The notes under the pieces: model-generated
Databases searched by the model: none
What the model saw: the letters and a program-made list of their open reading frames with translations, nothing else
Told to the model about the DNA's origin: nothing
Source of the DNA: a virus
Lineage: Duplodnaviria; Caudoviricetes
Length of the DNA stretch: 64,000 nucleotides
IMG/VR virus record: IMGVR_UViG_2711768098_000003
Span: 1-64,000 of that record
Strand: one strand, 5' to 3'
Made by a program: the position numbers and the translations under genes
Part shown: positions 19,330 to 28,560 of the stretch, one piece after another
Layout of the letters: each line of letters opens with the position of its first letter
How positions within the stretch are numbered: position 1 is the first letter of the stretch

Positions 19330-19542
19330 ATGCGTGAGCGGGCCGGGAATACGCAACTGCCCAGAGTGTTCGCGGAGGTGCCTGCCATCAATGGCGATGT
19401 GGTTTCACTCGAGTCCGGCGACGTTCACGCCACGTACTGGCTGAGCATCGAAGCTGCAGACACTCGAGGGATCACAGCCCACATGACCGTGCAGCAACTC
19501 CGGCATCTCTACGTTGAGATCGGTCACGCACTGTCCATGTGA
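19330..19542 (+). CDS. Small hypothetical protein
   Basis: AGGAG RBS; downstream of SOS promoter. Confidence 0.5.
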   Translation: MRERAGNTQLPRVFAEVPAINGDVVSLESGDVHATYWLSIEAADTRGITAHMTVQQLRHLYVEIGHALSM

Positions 19543-19568
19543 ACACGGCGTGCAGGTATAAGTGACCT

Positions 19569-19997
19569 GTGAAACTCCGTCATGCCGGTGTAGGTGTCGT
19601 GTTGGCTGCGCTTGCTGTGTGCGGGTCGTGCAGTAGCCGGGAGCCGGTTGCGGTTGCAACGTTCGATCCGTCGACTGCAACGTCCACCACCACTGCTGCA
19701 GCGACTGCGACTGGTGAGCCGTCGACTGTGACACGCCCCGCCGAGAAGCGGACCGTCGACTCCGAGACGATGAGCACACCGCAGACGGAACCCGTTTTGA
19801 GTGGTGACGTCGACCGCGACACGATGTGCCGGGATATCGAGACGTTCCGCTCAGGATGGGAAGAATTCACGGGCGAAAAGATGTCGACAGCAGAGGCTGC
19901 AGCCGCGATCTTGGGGCAATACGAGGAGCCACTCAAGCGCGGTGAAACGTCACTCGCCGAGTTCCAAGCCGTGCAGGCCGCTCTCGCCACCTGCTAA
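19569..19997 (+). CDS. Putative lipoprotein
   Basis: Basic N-terminus, hydrophobic stretch, Cys, Thr/Ala linker. Confidence 0.6.
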   Translation: MKLRHAGVGVVLAALAVCGSCSSREPVAVATFDPSTATSTTTAAATATGEPSTVTRPAEKRTVDSETMSTPQTEPVLSGDVDRDTMCRDIETFRSGWEEFTGEKMSTAEAAAAILGQYEEPLKRGETSLAEFQAVQAALATC

Positions 19998-19999
19998 CT

Positions 20000-20028
20000 T
20001 CGCACACCTGTTCGATCAGTGTTAGGTT
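20000..20028 (+). promoter_or_regulatory. LexA (SOS) box TCGCAC-ACCT-GTTCGA plus extended -10 TGT-TAGGTT, leaderless
   Basis: Same geometry as the 19242 site; ATG 6 nt after -10. Confidence 0.65.
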
Positions 20029-20034
20029 TCGGGG

Positions 20035-20265
20035 ATGGAACCGCTCTACCGCCGCGGAGACCGTTGGATCGAACTCGCACCCACACACTGCCCAATCGGA
20101 CACAACCTGGTCGGCGGCAACGTCCTCGTCGGCTCACACGTCTGTAGCTGCGACATCCACCACCATCGGACACATCGCTGTCGAGAATGCGAAGCCATCA
20201 CCTACACCCCACCACTTACCGAGCACTGCAGGGATGCCGCATTCGACGGGCGAGGCCGATCGTAA
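20035..20265 (+). CDS. Small Cys/His zinc-binding protein
   Basis: P..CP.GH.L.....LVG...C.C...H....C..C. Confidence 0.7.
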   Translation: MEPLYRRGDRWIELAPTHCPIGHNLVGGNVLVGSHVCSCDIHHHRTHRCRECEAITYTPPLTEHCRDAAFDGRGRS

Positions 20266-20275
20266 AGTGACTGGC

Positions 20276-20416
20276 ATGACGTTCACGCCTAAACCGGATG
20301 AGGGGCAAGCGGGCCTCGTTCTACTCCCCGATGGCCGCTACGGCTTCCGCTACCCGGAATCCGATGACGTGATCATCATGAAGAAGCCTGAGGAGTACGT
20401 TCCGCCTGAGGATTAG
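20276..20416 (+). CDS. Small hypothetical protein
   Basis: 46-aa ORF converging on recombinase. Confidence 0.35.
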   Translation: MTFTPKPDEGQAGLVLLPDGRYGFRYPESDDVIIMKKPEEYVPPED

Positions 20417-21333
20417 GCGACGGCGCCGAGGTATGCGGCAACCGAATGTGATGCGTGCGTGTCCAGGTTGCGTCGGCCCCGGTCATAGATTCGTATGGTC
20501 GTGGATATGTCTGCGTGGCGCATCGCCAACTGCACTTCACGCAGTGGGACGCCAGCGTCGATCGCATTGACGCAGAAACTGTGCCGGAACGTGTGCGGTG
20601 ACACGTTCATTTGAATGCCGGTTTTGCGGACGATGCGTTTCGCGACGCGGTCGGCGGAGTGGCGGGTCATGCGTGTGCCGTCGCGGCGTAGCAGTAGAGC
20701 ACCGGTTTTGCGGTCGCCGATTGCACGGTCGATAGCGCGCATGACGACGGGTGGCTGCGGTGCAACTGCGATCTCGCCGCCCTTCTGCACGAACTGCATG
20801 ATGCGGTGGCCTTGCGAGTAGGACGTCACGTTTTCGACGTCCAGGCTGCACGCCTCCGACACGCGTAGCCCGGTGTAGCCCATGATGACCAGCAGCGCGT
20901 AGTCGGTTGCCGAGGATTCGTAGGCTTGATGGCAGACGGCCTGCATCTCGTTGCGGTCGAGGTGGATCTTCTCCCCTACGACTTGCCGGATCTTCGGCAT
21001 TTTGAGGAGTCTCGCCGGGTTTTTGGTGATGCAGTCGTCGTCGAGTGCGATCTCGTAGAACAGTCGGAGTGTGCCGATACGGTGCGAGATGGTGGATGGG
21101 CTGTTGCGGCGCTCGTCGGCGAGGTAACGCATGTACACCTCGATGTGTTGGCGACGGGCGTCGAACACGTGGAGTCCGTGTCCGTCGCACCACCGCCGAT
21201 ACATCTTGAGGTCGTCGCGGTATGAGATTTGGGTGTTGCCGTCCCATCGCATGAGGAATGCTTCGCAGAACAGGTCGAGGGAGAGTGCGTCTCGTCCGGT
21301 GTGCGGGATGGTGATGTCCAGTGCTGCGGTCAC
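20413..21333 (-). CDS. Tyrosine recombinase, XerC/D-like (no arm-binding domain)
   Basis: TGLRVSE, KGG, HTFRH, RHADISTT..Y catalytic set; 306 aa. Confidence 0.9.
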   Translation of the reverse strand: MTAALDITIPHTGRDALSLDLFCEAFLMRWDGNTQISYRDDLKMYRRWCDGHGLHVFDARRQHIEVYMRYLADERRNSPSTISHRIGTLRLFYEIALDDDCITKNPARLLKMPKIRQVVGEKIHLDRNEMQAVCHQAYESSATDYALLVIMGYTGLRVSEACSLDVENVTSYSQGHRIMQFVQKGGEIAVAPQPPVVMRAIDRAIGDRKTGALLLRRDGTRMTRHSADRVAKRIVRKTGIQMNVSPHTFRHSFCVNAIDAGVPLREVQLAMRHADISTTIRIYDRGRRNLDTHASHSVAAYLGAVA

Positions 21334-21419
21334 GGTTGGAGAAGCTAGCAGCGTTTGCGTGTTGGCTTCCTAGTCAAATCTCAGATACCCACTTGGTGTT
21401 ATGTGCCGCTTCGATCGCC

Positions 21420-21465
21420 TGACAGAAACGTGACAATCGCCTGTTAACTGTCACGTTCTCTGTCA
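21420..21465. repeat. Inverted repeat upstream of recombinase
   Basis: TGACAGAAACGTGACA-N13-TGTCACGTTCTCTGTCA. Confidence 0.7.
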
Positions 21466-21475
21466 TGCTGACCGG

Positions 21476-21688
21476 ATGCTCTACTGGATTCTCGGCGGTG
21501 TCGCCGTTTGGGTCGTCATCGCCGTGATCGCGGTGTACTGGCTTGGGCGGACCATCTCGCACACCGACCTCGAAGAATCCGCCGCCGAGCTTCGACGAGC
21601 CGAGCGAACCGACCAGGCGCACGGTGCTACGCGGCCACTACGACCTTCAGATCATCGAGCACAAGGGAGTCGGAAGACGCTGAGTTGA
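21476..21688 (+). CDS. Small membrane protein
   Basis: N-terminal TM helix. Confidence 0.5.
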   Translation: MLYWILGGVAVWVVIAVIAVYWLGRTISHTDLEESAAELRRAERTDQAHGATRPLRPSDHRAQGSRKTLS

Positions 21689-24600
21689 ATCCCGCGATTC
21701 CGACGAGTGCGCCAGTGAGCACGTCGGTGTCTGTGGCGGAGTAGACAACGGTCCCGTTCTTCAGCAGTTGCAGCGCAGACCCAACCACCCGCACACCTAC
21801 CGTGTCGCCGTCCGCCAACGGGAAAGACGATCCCGAGAAGGTCGTGGTCGTGGACCCGACCCGCTTGCGTAGATCGAACGCAGCCGACCCGATCCGAAGG
21901 CGGATGGAGGTGGAGTTCCCGGCCTGCCGCCTGACATCGAGGTACACCGACGTTCCAGTCGAAGCGGGGCGGGTGACGACCTTGACCGATGCTTCGACGT
22001 CCGAAGACGGCATCGGCGCTGTGGCGGACGGGGCCTCCCCTGCCACCAGTGACAGCGTGAGCGCACCGTTGACGGTGTATCGACCGAGAGGCGTGGCCGT
22101 CCACGAGGCCGCGGTGCCGCCTGCGTTCGAGTCCGTCGATCGACCGTTGAGTTCTCCCGTACCGGAGAATCCATCACTGAGCACCGTGGTGCCTATGGCC
22201 GGATTGCCGAGCACGTCGACCCATCCGAGTTCGAGCAGCTTCGCACCGACGAGCTTGGCGACTGCGTTGTACCCGGTGTACGACAGGTGCGCATCGTCGT
22301 CCGCCAACGACGGGGGCATGACGCCGTTGGCCTGAGCGGCGAGGTCCGCGGACGTGGGTGTGATACCGGTGTCGGTCCACACCTTCGATCCGGTGATGTA
22401 CGCGCCGACGTCGAGGTACTTGTCCCCGTACGTCTGCCGGTACACCTCGTTCACGCGGGCAGTCTGCGCGACACGATCGGCTGCCCAGTTCTGATTGCAG
22501 AAGTGACCCAGGACCAGCCGGCGTTTGGCGAAAGCGCCGACCTGCTTCCAATGCTTCGCGGTGTAGTCGACGACCCTCTTCTCCTCCTCGGCGCTGAGCG
22601 TTCCGAGGTTGTTCTTACCGACCCACAGCAGGGCCGCATTGTCGCGGCGAGTGACTCCGACCGACGAGAGGAACGGAGCCGGTGCTGCGACCGCGACAGC
22701 GCTCCCCGACGTCGTGCGGGTGAAGGTGTACCCCGGCGTCGGGGTGGCGGTGTACGCCAGGGTTCCCGCGATACCTGCCAGGGTGCCGTCGATGGTGACG
22801 GTGGAGTACACCGGAAAACTGTTGGCGATGGTGACCGCTACCGACCCCGACGCGGGAATCGATCCACCGACCGGCTGCACGAGAACGGGAACCGCGTTGG
22901 CCTTGGCTGCCGAGTGTTGGATCTCCTCGCCGCCGATGCCCTGCGAGTAGACCGGGATGCCGAGTACCGACTGCAGTGCACCCTGAGACACGAGACGCTG
23001 AGCGCTCGACGAACCCCACACCGCGACACCAGGGGCAGGTTGCACCGGCGAGACGTACCCAGTCGTGAGGTCGATGCACAGCCATGTCCCGGCCGTGTTG
23101 TGAAACAGCGCGAAATCGCCGATGACTGCGGGGGTGTCGGTGATGTCGAGGCCGGTGGCGATCTGCTTTTCCGCTGCACCGTTGGCGAAGTTGGTCGCGT
23201 AGAGGGTCGACCCGTCCCGCCTGACGATGAAACGGTTGGCATCGACGGGCACTGCGGGGGTCTGCCATGCGACACCGGTGCCGGTCTTGGCGAGTACCTG
23301 CCCAGTCGCACCGCCCGCGGGAGTCGTCAGCTTCGAGTCGACGTCGATCGGCCCGGACATGATCTCGGAGGACGTCGCGACTGCGATTCCCTTCGACGCG
23401 ATGTAGTCGATGAGAGCCGTGAAGTCGGCGACGGACCAGGAGTTGACACTGCCGGTGCTGTCGAGGGTGTGGAAGACGAGGTTGATCCAGCACTTTTCGG
23501 TGGTCGCGGAGTCGACGAGTGCTTTCGCCGAGGCGAGGTCACGGCTACTTCCCAACGCGGCCGCGGGTACCGCCCAGCGTGCAGCGGCAGGTAGCTGCGA
23601 GTGTCGTCCGTCGTTGGTGCGGGCGAATCCGTAGTACTGCGAGACCAGGCGTTGCAACGGTGCGTCGAAGTTGCCTACCGGGTAGGCGAACGCGGACGAC
23701 TCCACGCCGAGGCTGCGCTGCCACTGCCGCAACTGCGTGAGCATCGTACGGACCTCGGCCTCGGGTATGCCGACTCGGGACGCGTGTTCACCGGCTGTCA
23801 TGCAGTGTCCGCCGACGTCCCATCCGTGAGCGTCATGGAGCGTGCGCACCTGCGCCTCGGTGAGGTAACTCGGACCCGATCCCACACGTGAGACCACCGG
23901 GTACAGGGTGGCGCGGTAGCCGTACTTTCCGAGAACCTGGCGGGCGACCGTCCACGCTTCGATGTAACTGTCGTCGAAGTCGATGCTGACCACGCCGTTC
24001 GGGAATCGTGAGTCCCCCTCGACGTAGGTCGCGACCCCGCCCAGCTTGAGTCCGACTGTATTGCCGGATCCGATGTCTCGGACGCTCACCTGGGCGGTGG
24101 TCAGACCGACGCGGAGGGGCGCTCCTGAGCTGACGGAGAAGTTCGCCCAGGGGATGATGAGCGGTACCCACTCGTTCTCGCGGAGGGACGACTTGCCGCC
24201 CGAGGGTACCGAGACGGTCGCGCGCCACGAATCGGTCATGGCCGACGTCGTCGCGAGGTAGACGTCGAAGGTCGACAGGTTTTGCATGTTGACGGCTTTG
24301 ACCCAGAGCACGAGGCCGCGGCCGTTCATGTCCAGGTTCAGGCTGACGTTCTTCAATCCAGCGGTGGCCCCGTCTCCGAGGGTGACCGTGGAGATGCAGC
24401 GAGTTCCGATTGCGAAGTCTGTGGTGTCCGATGGTGTGGGGGTCTGCGCGCCCACTCCGCCCCAGCCGTGGGCTGCGGCCTGGAACGGACTGATGATGGT
24501 GGTGCGCGGCCAGAAGCGGGGCGAAGGCGCGGGTGGGGAGACGATCGAAGTCGACGCATAACGGGTATTACTGAGTTCACGTTCCTGATCGAGGATCACG

Positions 24601-24719
24601 TTCAACTCAGCAACGTCAACCGCATCCTCAATACCCGCCTCAATACGATTGAGCTCCTCCGCAGTAATCGGAGTCGACGTATCAGGCTTGTTCTTCCATA
24701 GCTTTCGAATGAATGCCAA
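21627..24719 (-). CDS. Multidomain virion-associated enzyme: NodB polysaccharide deacetylase, SGNH hydrolase and beta-sandwich domains
   Basis: W.N.PD.STPITAE.LNRIE.GI N-terminus; FDD, GGH...H, FAYPVG, LVFH; GSS, G.GG, GKNN, DDAH. Confidence 0.8.
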   Translation of the reverse strand: MAFIRKLWKNKPDTSTPITAEELNRIEAGIEDAVDVAELNVILDQERELSNTRYASTSIVSPPAPSPRFWPRTTIISPFQAAAHGWGGVGAQTPTPSDTTDFAIGTRCISTVTLGDGATAGLKNVSLNLDMNGRGLVLWVKAVNMQNLSTFDVYLATTSAMTDSWRATVSVPSGGKSSLRENEWVPLIIPWANFSVSSGAPLRVGLTTAQVSVRDIGSGNTVGLKLGGVATYVEGDSRFPNGVVSIDFDDSYIEAWTVARQVLGKYGYRATLYPVVSRVGSGPSYLTEAQVRTLHDAHGWDVGGHCMTAGEHASRVGIPEAEVRTMLTQLRQWQRSLGVESSAFAYPVGNFDAPLQRLVSQYYGFARTNDGRHSQLPAAARWAVPAAALGSSRDLASAKALVDSATTEKCWINLVFHTLDSTGSVNSWSVADFTALIDYIASKGIAVATSSEIMSGPIDVDSKLTTPAGGATGQVLAKTGTGVAWQTPAVPVDANRFIVRRDGSTLYATNFANGAAEKQIATGLDITDTPAVIGDFALFHNTAGTWLCIDLTTGYVSPVQPAPGVAVWGSSSAQRLVSQGALQSVLGIPVYSQGIGGEEIQHSAAKANAVPVLVQPVGGSIPASGSVAVTIANSFPVYSTVTIDGTLAGIAGTLAYTATPTPGYTFTRTTSGSAVAVAAPAPFLSSVGVTRRDNAALLWVGKNNLGTLSAEEEKRVVDYTAKHWKQVGAFAKRRLVLGHFCNQNWAADRVAQTARVNEVYRQTYGDKYLDVGAYITGSKVWTDTGITPTSADLAAQANGVMPPSLADDDAHLSYTGYNAVAKLVGAKLLELGWVDVLGNPAIGTTVLSDGFSGTGELNGRSTDSNAGGTAASWTATPLGRYTVNGALTLSLVAGEAPSATAPMPSSDVEASVKVVTRPASTGTSVYLDVRRQAGNSTSIRLRIGSAAFDLRKRVGSTTTTFSGSSFPLADGDTVGVRVVGSALQLLKNGTVVYSATDTDVLTGALVGIAGFNSASSDSLVLDDLKVVVAA

Positions 24720-24806
24720 AACGATGTCCTATCAATAAGATCGAGTGGCAGCTATGGGCTGCCCCACGCCTAACCCACGCTGCAACTACTACGGGTAGAC
24801 GTCGGA

Positions 24807-24831
24807 GCCGGGGAGAACGCTGCTCCCCGGC
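24807..24831 (-). terminator. Hairpin after major tail gene
   Basis: GCCGGGGAG-N7-CTCCCCGGC. Confidence 0.55.
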
Positions 24832-24841
24832 ACCAAGGGCA

Positions 24842-25507
24842 TTAAGGGGTTGCAAGCTCGAAACCGAACTTTTCGATCTTGTTCTTCCAACCCAGACCAC
24901 CGAAGCCATGACCGACCGCGAAACCAGCCGTGTCATCCTTGAACGCAGTCAACGTCAACTTCTGGCCGAGCGACGTCGACGGAGTCCAGTTCTCGCCATC
25001 GAAGTTCGACACAGCGACCTTCGGCAAAACCTTGAACACGTAGATCGGCTCCTCATCGGAACCGTCCTGGCCGATGACGATCGCACTGTAGTAGCGGATG
25101 CTCGGCGCGGTCGGCTGCGCGAAAAACACTTCACCGGACTCGGCGTCGCCCTTCACCGCATCCAAATCAGCGGCAGTCGTCAACTCGAGAACCAGCTTGT
25201 TGGTTTCCTGCGGCGTGAACGCGAACGTCGTCGAATCCGCGGTGATGTCCATGCGAGTCGGCTGCATCTCACCGTACGACTCCAGGTTCGACGTTTCCGT
25301 CGACCGGGCGAACGCGATACCGTCAGCCTTCGCGAAATGCCCGACCGGAACATACGCGGCCGGCAACGTCTGCAACGCCGAATTCGAGGACGTGAACGCA
25401 GTCGGATGCGGCGTGTAATGCGGGGCCAGCCAAATGCCCGCGTCGAGCGGCTTCAGCAGGACTTCAGACTTGGCTGCCTTCAACAGAGACAGGGAGGTGT
25501 CCACCAT
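24842..25507 (-). CDS. Major tail protein
   Basis: G....DG..F......ESYG...PTR.DI pattern; AAGGAG RBS. Confidence 0.85.
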   Translation of the reverse strand: MVDTSLSLLKAAKSEVLLKPLDAGIWLAPHYTPHPTAFTSSNSALQTLPAAYVPVGHFAKADGIAFARSTETSNLESYGEMQPTRMDITADSTTFAFTPQETNKLVLELTTAADLDAVKGDAESGEVFFAQPTAPSIRYYSAIVIGQDGSDEEPIYVFKVLPKVAVSNFDGENWTPSTSLGQKLTLTAFKDDTAGFAVGHGFGGLGWKNKIEKFGFELATP

Positions 25508-25591
25508 GGTGGCTCCTTCAGGTTTTAGGGTCGGCGAAACACACCCGGCGTCGCGGGTGGCGAGGAATGCCGAAAAGTGATGCGAGAGGGG

Positions 25592-26014
25592 TTAGAACTG
25601 CCGCCGGAACGACATGACGAAGGCGACCTGTACGGTGCGGTTCATCGGATCCAAGTCCGGGATTTCCAACGGTGCAGCCATTTCGCCGACGTCGTCGACG
25701 AGGACACCGTTGACGCGGGTGCGTGCAGCCGCCATCGCGGCTTTGCGGGCGAGGCGGGCATACTGTTGCGCTTCACGGCGAGTGTCGGCGAACACCGTGA
25801 ACTGGACCATCGCGTTGTCGGTGATTTCGCTGCCGTCGAGGGCGCCACCGGTGCGGCGCGCCCAAATCAGCGGCATCAACTCATGCAACTGCTCTTCTTT
25901 TACGGGCAGGACTGTGACGGTGCGGATGATCGGCGACAGCAAGTCGACGAGAACCTCTTCGACGTCAGGGAATTCGCCGTACTCCGGATACTCTTGGTCG
26001 GGATGCCCCATCAC
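25592..26014 (-). CDS. Tail terminator
   Basis: FPDVE.V....L, P......R.GG, D...VQ. Confidence 0.7.
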   Translation of the reverse strand: MMGHPDQEYPEYGEFPDVEEVLVDLLSPIIRTVTVLPVKEEQLHELMPLIWARRTGGALDGSEITDNAMVQFTVFADTRREAQQYARLARKAAMAAARTRVNGVLVDDVGEMAAPLEIPDLDPMNRTVQVAFVMSFRRQF

Positions 26015-26319
26015 GCCTCCTTGATTGCGGCTGTGGAACGCCGCAGGACACGTTCGGGTGCGTTGTATCGGGTGCCGATTTCACGCCATTTCGCGTAGTA
26101 GCCGTGCGTGTAGATGATGGCGACGTCGCGGCCGGTGTGACGGCCTGCCCCTTCGCCTTCAAGGACGCGGACACTGGAAGCGTTGAATCCGGTGCGGATG
26201 CGTGAGTTCATCGTCCAAAACGTTGCCCCGGCTTGCGCTTTGCGCCGCAGAATCGTTTTCAGGCGGTCGTTGCCGCGTAAGGCTCGTTCAAAGTTGGAGC
26301 CTGCAGGGTTGTAGCGCAC
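26011..26319 (-). CDS. Neck protein (HK97 gp10-like)
   Basis: RTG....S, YA...E.GT....P..VLR. Confidence 0.65.
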   Translation of the reverse strand: MRYNPAGSNFERALRGNDRLKTILRRKAQAGATFWTMNSRIRTGFNASSVRVLEGEGAGRHTGRDVAIIYTHGYYAKWREIGTRYNAPERVLRRSTAAIKEA

Positions 26320-26675
26320 TACACCACCACCTTCAGTGTGAAGTGGATGAATGGCGCCCAGTTGGTGAACGGGTTGACGGGCCGTTCGATGTCGGAGGTG
26401 ATCGTCGCGACCATGCCGTTCGGGAGTTTCACCCGATCGGTTTTGCGGATGTCGGAGTCGGCGGGCGCATTGACGTTGACTGTGTCGGTTGCCCGTCCGT
26501 CGCCGAGCGCACTGCTGCGCGTCGACGAGGTCGGGATATCGCATGGCCCGATCGGATGTGAATCCGCCCAACCACCAGCACCGCCGCCGATAGGGTCACC
26601 GTGCGCATCGAGTTCCGGTTGACGCTGCACAATAAGCATCGCGCCCGCAGGGAAACGCATGTCACCCACAGTCAT
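26319..26675 (-). CDS. Head-to-tail stopper
   Basis: D.HGDP, DI..TDRV, NPFT.W.P; ATGA overlap. Confidence 0.7.
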   Translation of the reverse strand: MTVGDMRFPAGAMLIVQRQPELDAHGDPIGGGAGGWADSHPIGPCDIPTSSTRSSALGDGRATDTVNVNAPADSDIRKTDRVKLPNGMVATITSDIERPVNPFTNWAPFIHFTLKVVV

Positions 26676-27091
26676 CCCACCCACGGCATGTGAGAGATGA
26701 GGCCCGCATTCTTCAACACGCGCCGGGCACCCGGGCACACTGTGTCGACGGCAGCTTTCACTTCCTGCTGCGTAATCCCCGTCGCATACGAGACAGAGCC
26801 TCCGCCCGCAGACTGCGACGTGATGATCGGCTCCTGCCCGACAGTGCCGGCCTCGGGATCGATTTTCGCTTTCGCCCACAACACGACCTGGCGTAGTGTG
26901 GCGCGTTTGAACGCTTTCCGCACTTTCGGATCCGTGGGCATACCATCGTCGTCGACGGCATACCGGGCGAGAGTGGTTTCCTCGGTGATCATTTCGGAGG
27001 CGTAGCGGATCAACGCGGCCGCATTGGAGGGCACGGACGGAAGCCACTCTTCGGTCAGATCGGATGGTTCTGCGTAGATGGGTTCATCCAC
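26672..27091 (-). CDS. Head-to-tail adaptor
   Basis: YA...DL, L...AS..I, AT..QV, S.G..SVSY, A...L..AGL. Confidence 0.75.
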   Translation of the reverse strand: MDEPIYAEPSDLTEEWLPSVPSNAAALIRYASEMITEETTLARYAVDDDGMPTDPKVRKAFKRATLRQVVLWAKAKIDPEAGTVGQEPIITSQSAGGGSVSYATGITQQEVKAAVDTVCPGARRVLKNAGLISHMPWVG

Positions 27092-27113
27092 CGTCCGTGC
27101 ACCTCATTTTCAG

Positions 27114-27545
27114 TTATGCGAACCAGGCTGCGATCGTCTTGGTTTTGACGCCTTTGAGCTCGTCGGCGGTTTTGCCGTTGGCGAGGGCGTAGGCGATCCA
27201 TTCGTCGCGGTCGTCCTGCCCAGTGCCGGTAGGCTTCGGATGCAGAATTTCAGCGAGTTCGCTGTTCAACGTTTCGACAGCCTGCGGAGTCTTGTCTTCC
27301 GCTGCGAGTTCGCTTTTCAGTTCAGCGAGTGTTTCGGCGGCTTCGACGTGCGCATCGGCTAGTCCAGTGGCAGCACTGTCCACGGTTTCGGTGGCGCGAA
27401 CCACGACCGCGTCAGCATCCACGGTTTCTGCGGGAGCGCTCAGCTCCACCACGGTGCGGGTCCAGCGGGCCAAGCCCTCGAGATGCTCGAGCTGATGCTC
27501 GGACTCGACGACCTGGCCGCTGACATTCTCGTAGCGGTAAGGCAT
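27114..27545 (-). CDS. Hypothetical capsid-associated protein
   Basis: Follows capsid gene; C-terminal W.AYA...G....EL...TK motif. Confidence 0.6.
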   Translation of the reverse strand: MPYRYENVSGQVVESEHQLEHLEGLARWTRTVVELSAPAETVDADAVVVRATETVDSAATGLADAHVEAAETLAELKSELAAEDKTPQAVETLNSELAEILHPKPTGTGQDDRDEWIAYALANGKTADELKGVKTKTIAAWFA

Positions 27546-27614
27546 ACGTCAGTTCCCAGAGGGGAAGACATCGTTTCCGGGCATCAAACTGTCACCCGGA
27601 AACGACCCTTCTCC

Positions 27615-28538
27615 TCAAGCCTTGTCGTTGCCCTTGAGCAGGACCGCGCGGTTCGGATCCAACGTCTTCACACCGAACAGGGTGTCCAGCGAGACGATGG
27701 TCTCCTTGGTGTGAATGTCGTACTGGTAGGCGACGCGGATGGTGAGGCCCTTGTATGCCTGCACCGATGCGAACGAGCCGGGTGCGACGGACAGTGGCGC
27801 GGACGCGAAGCAGAACGCGGTCTCGTGGAATGCGACACCAACCTCGGTGGTCGGATCGCCGGCGAGCTGAGAGCCAACGAGCTTCGGCTGCCCGACATTC
27901 TGCGTCTGGTAGGCGTCGAAGCCGAACAGGTCATCACCGATGGATGCCTTACGGAGGGCGTCGGTGCTGTCGGAGCGGTTCGCGAACTTCAGCATATCGC
28001 TGTTGAGCCACTGCGCCTTCGTGGTCGGGCCGGTGACCGCGTTACGGCCATCGGTCGGCACGTTGCGGATGTCGAGCTGGCGGCCCGCCTCGATGAGAAC
28101 CTCAGGCTTGTTCCATTCGAAACCGGTCTGCGTGGACAGGCCTGCTTCCTGCGTGACATCGTCGCGGAGACCGAGGATCGCGCGGTCGATGTCCTGCGCG
28201 ATCGCGACCATGGCGGGGCTGAGGAGCTGCGAGTCGAAGTCCTCGATGTCGAGGGTGAGCTGCTCGGAGGTGACGGCGAACGACACATCCGAGATCTCGT
28301 CGAGCTTGACGGGGATGGACGACTCGGTTGCATTCTGCAACTCGATTCCGTTGGCCCGGTTGAAGCGCTTCGCCGTGAACACGGCGGGCTTGCGGACGTT
28401 GATCGTGTCACCGATCTTCTGCGACGTGAACTCAGTCGACAGGTCGGTGTAGACGAGGGGAACCATGACCAGCGACTCGTAGAGGGTCGCGAGTGCCTGC
28501 TTGGCGATGAGGTCAGGGGTCAGGAGAACGTTAGCCAT
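27615..28538 (-). CDS. Major capsid protein (P22 coat-like family)
   Basis: MAN.LLTP..IA..AL, GDTINVRKP, D.LFGVK.LDP. Confidence 0.88.
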   Translation of the reverse strand: MANVLLTPDLIAKQALATLYESLVMVPLVYTDLSTEFTSQKIGDTINVRKPAVFTAKRFNRANGIELQNATESSIPVKLDEISDVSFAVTSEQLTLDIEDFDSQLLSPAMVAIAQDIDRAILGLRDDVTQEAGLSTQTGFEWNKPEVLIEAGRQLDIRNVPTDGRNAVTGPTTKAQWLNSDMLKFANRSDSTDALRKASIGDDLFGFDAYQTQNVGQPKLVGSQLAGDPTTEVGVAFHETAFCFASAPLSVAPGSFASVQAYKGLTIRVAYQYDIHTKETIVSLDTLFGVKTLDPNRAVLLKGNDKA

Positions 28539-28560
28539 GTAGGGCTCCTAAAGAAGTGGG

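Noticed and set aside
21378-21410. dif-like site (CAGATA...TTATGT) upstream of the recombinase
   Set aside because: Spacing between arms exceeds the 6-8 bp of dif/cer and the arms match poorly.
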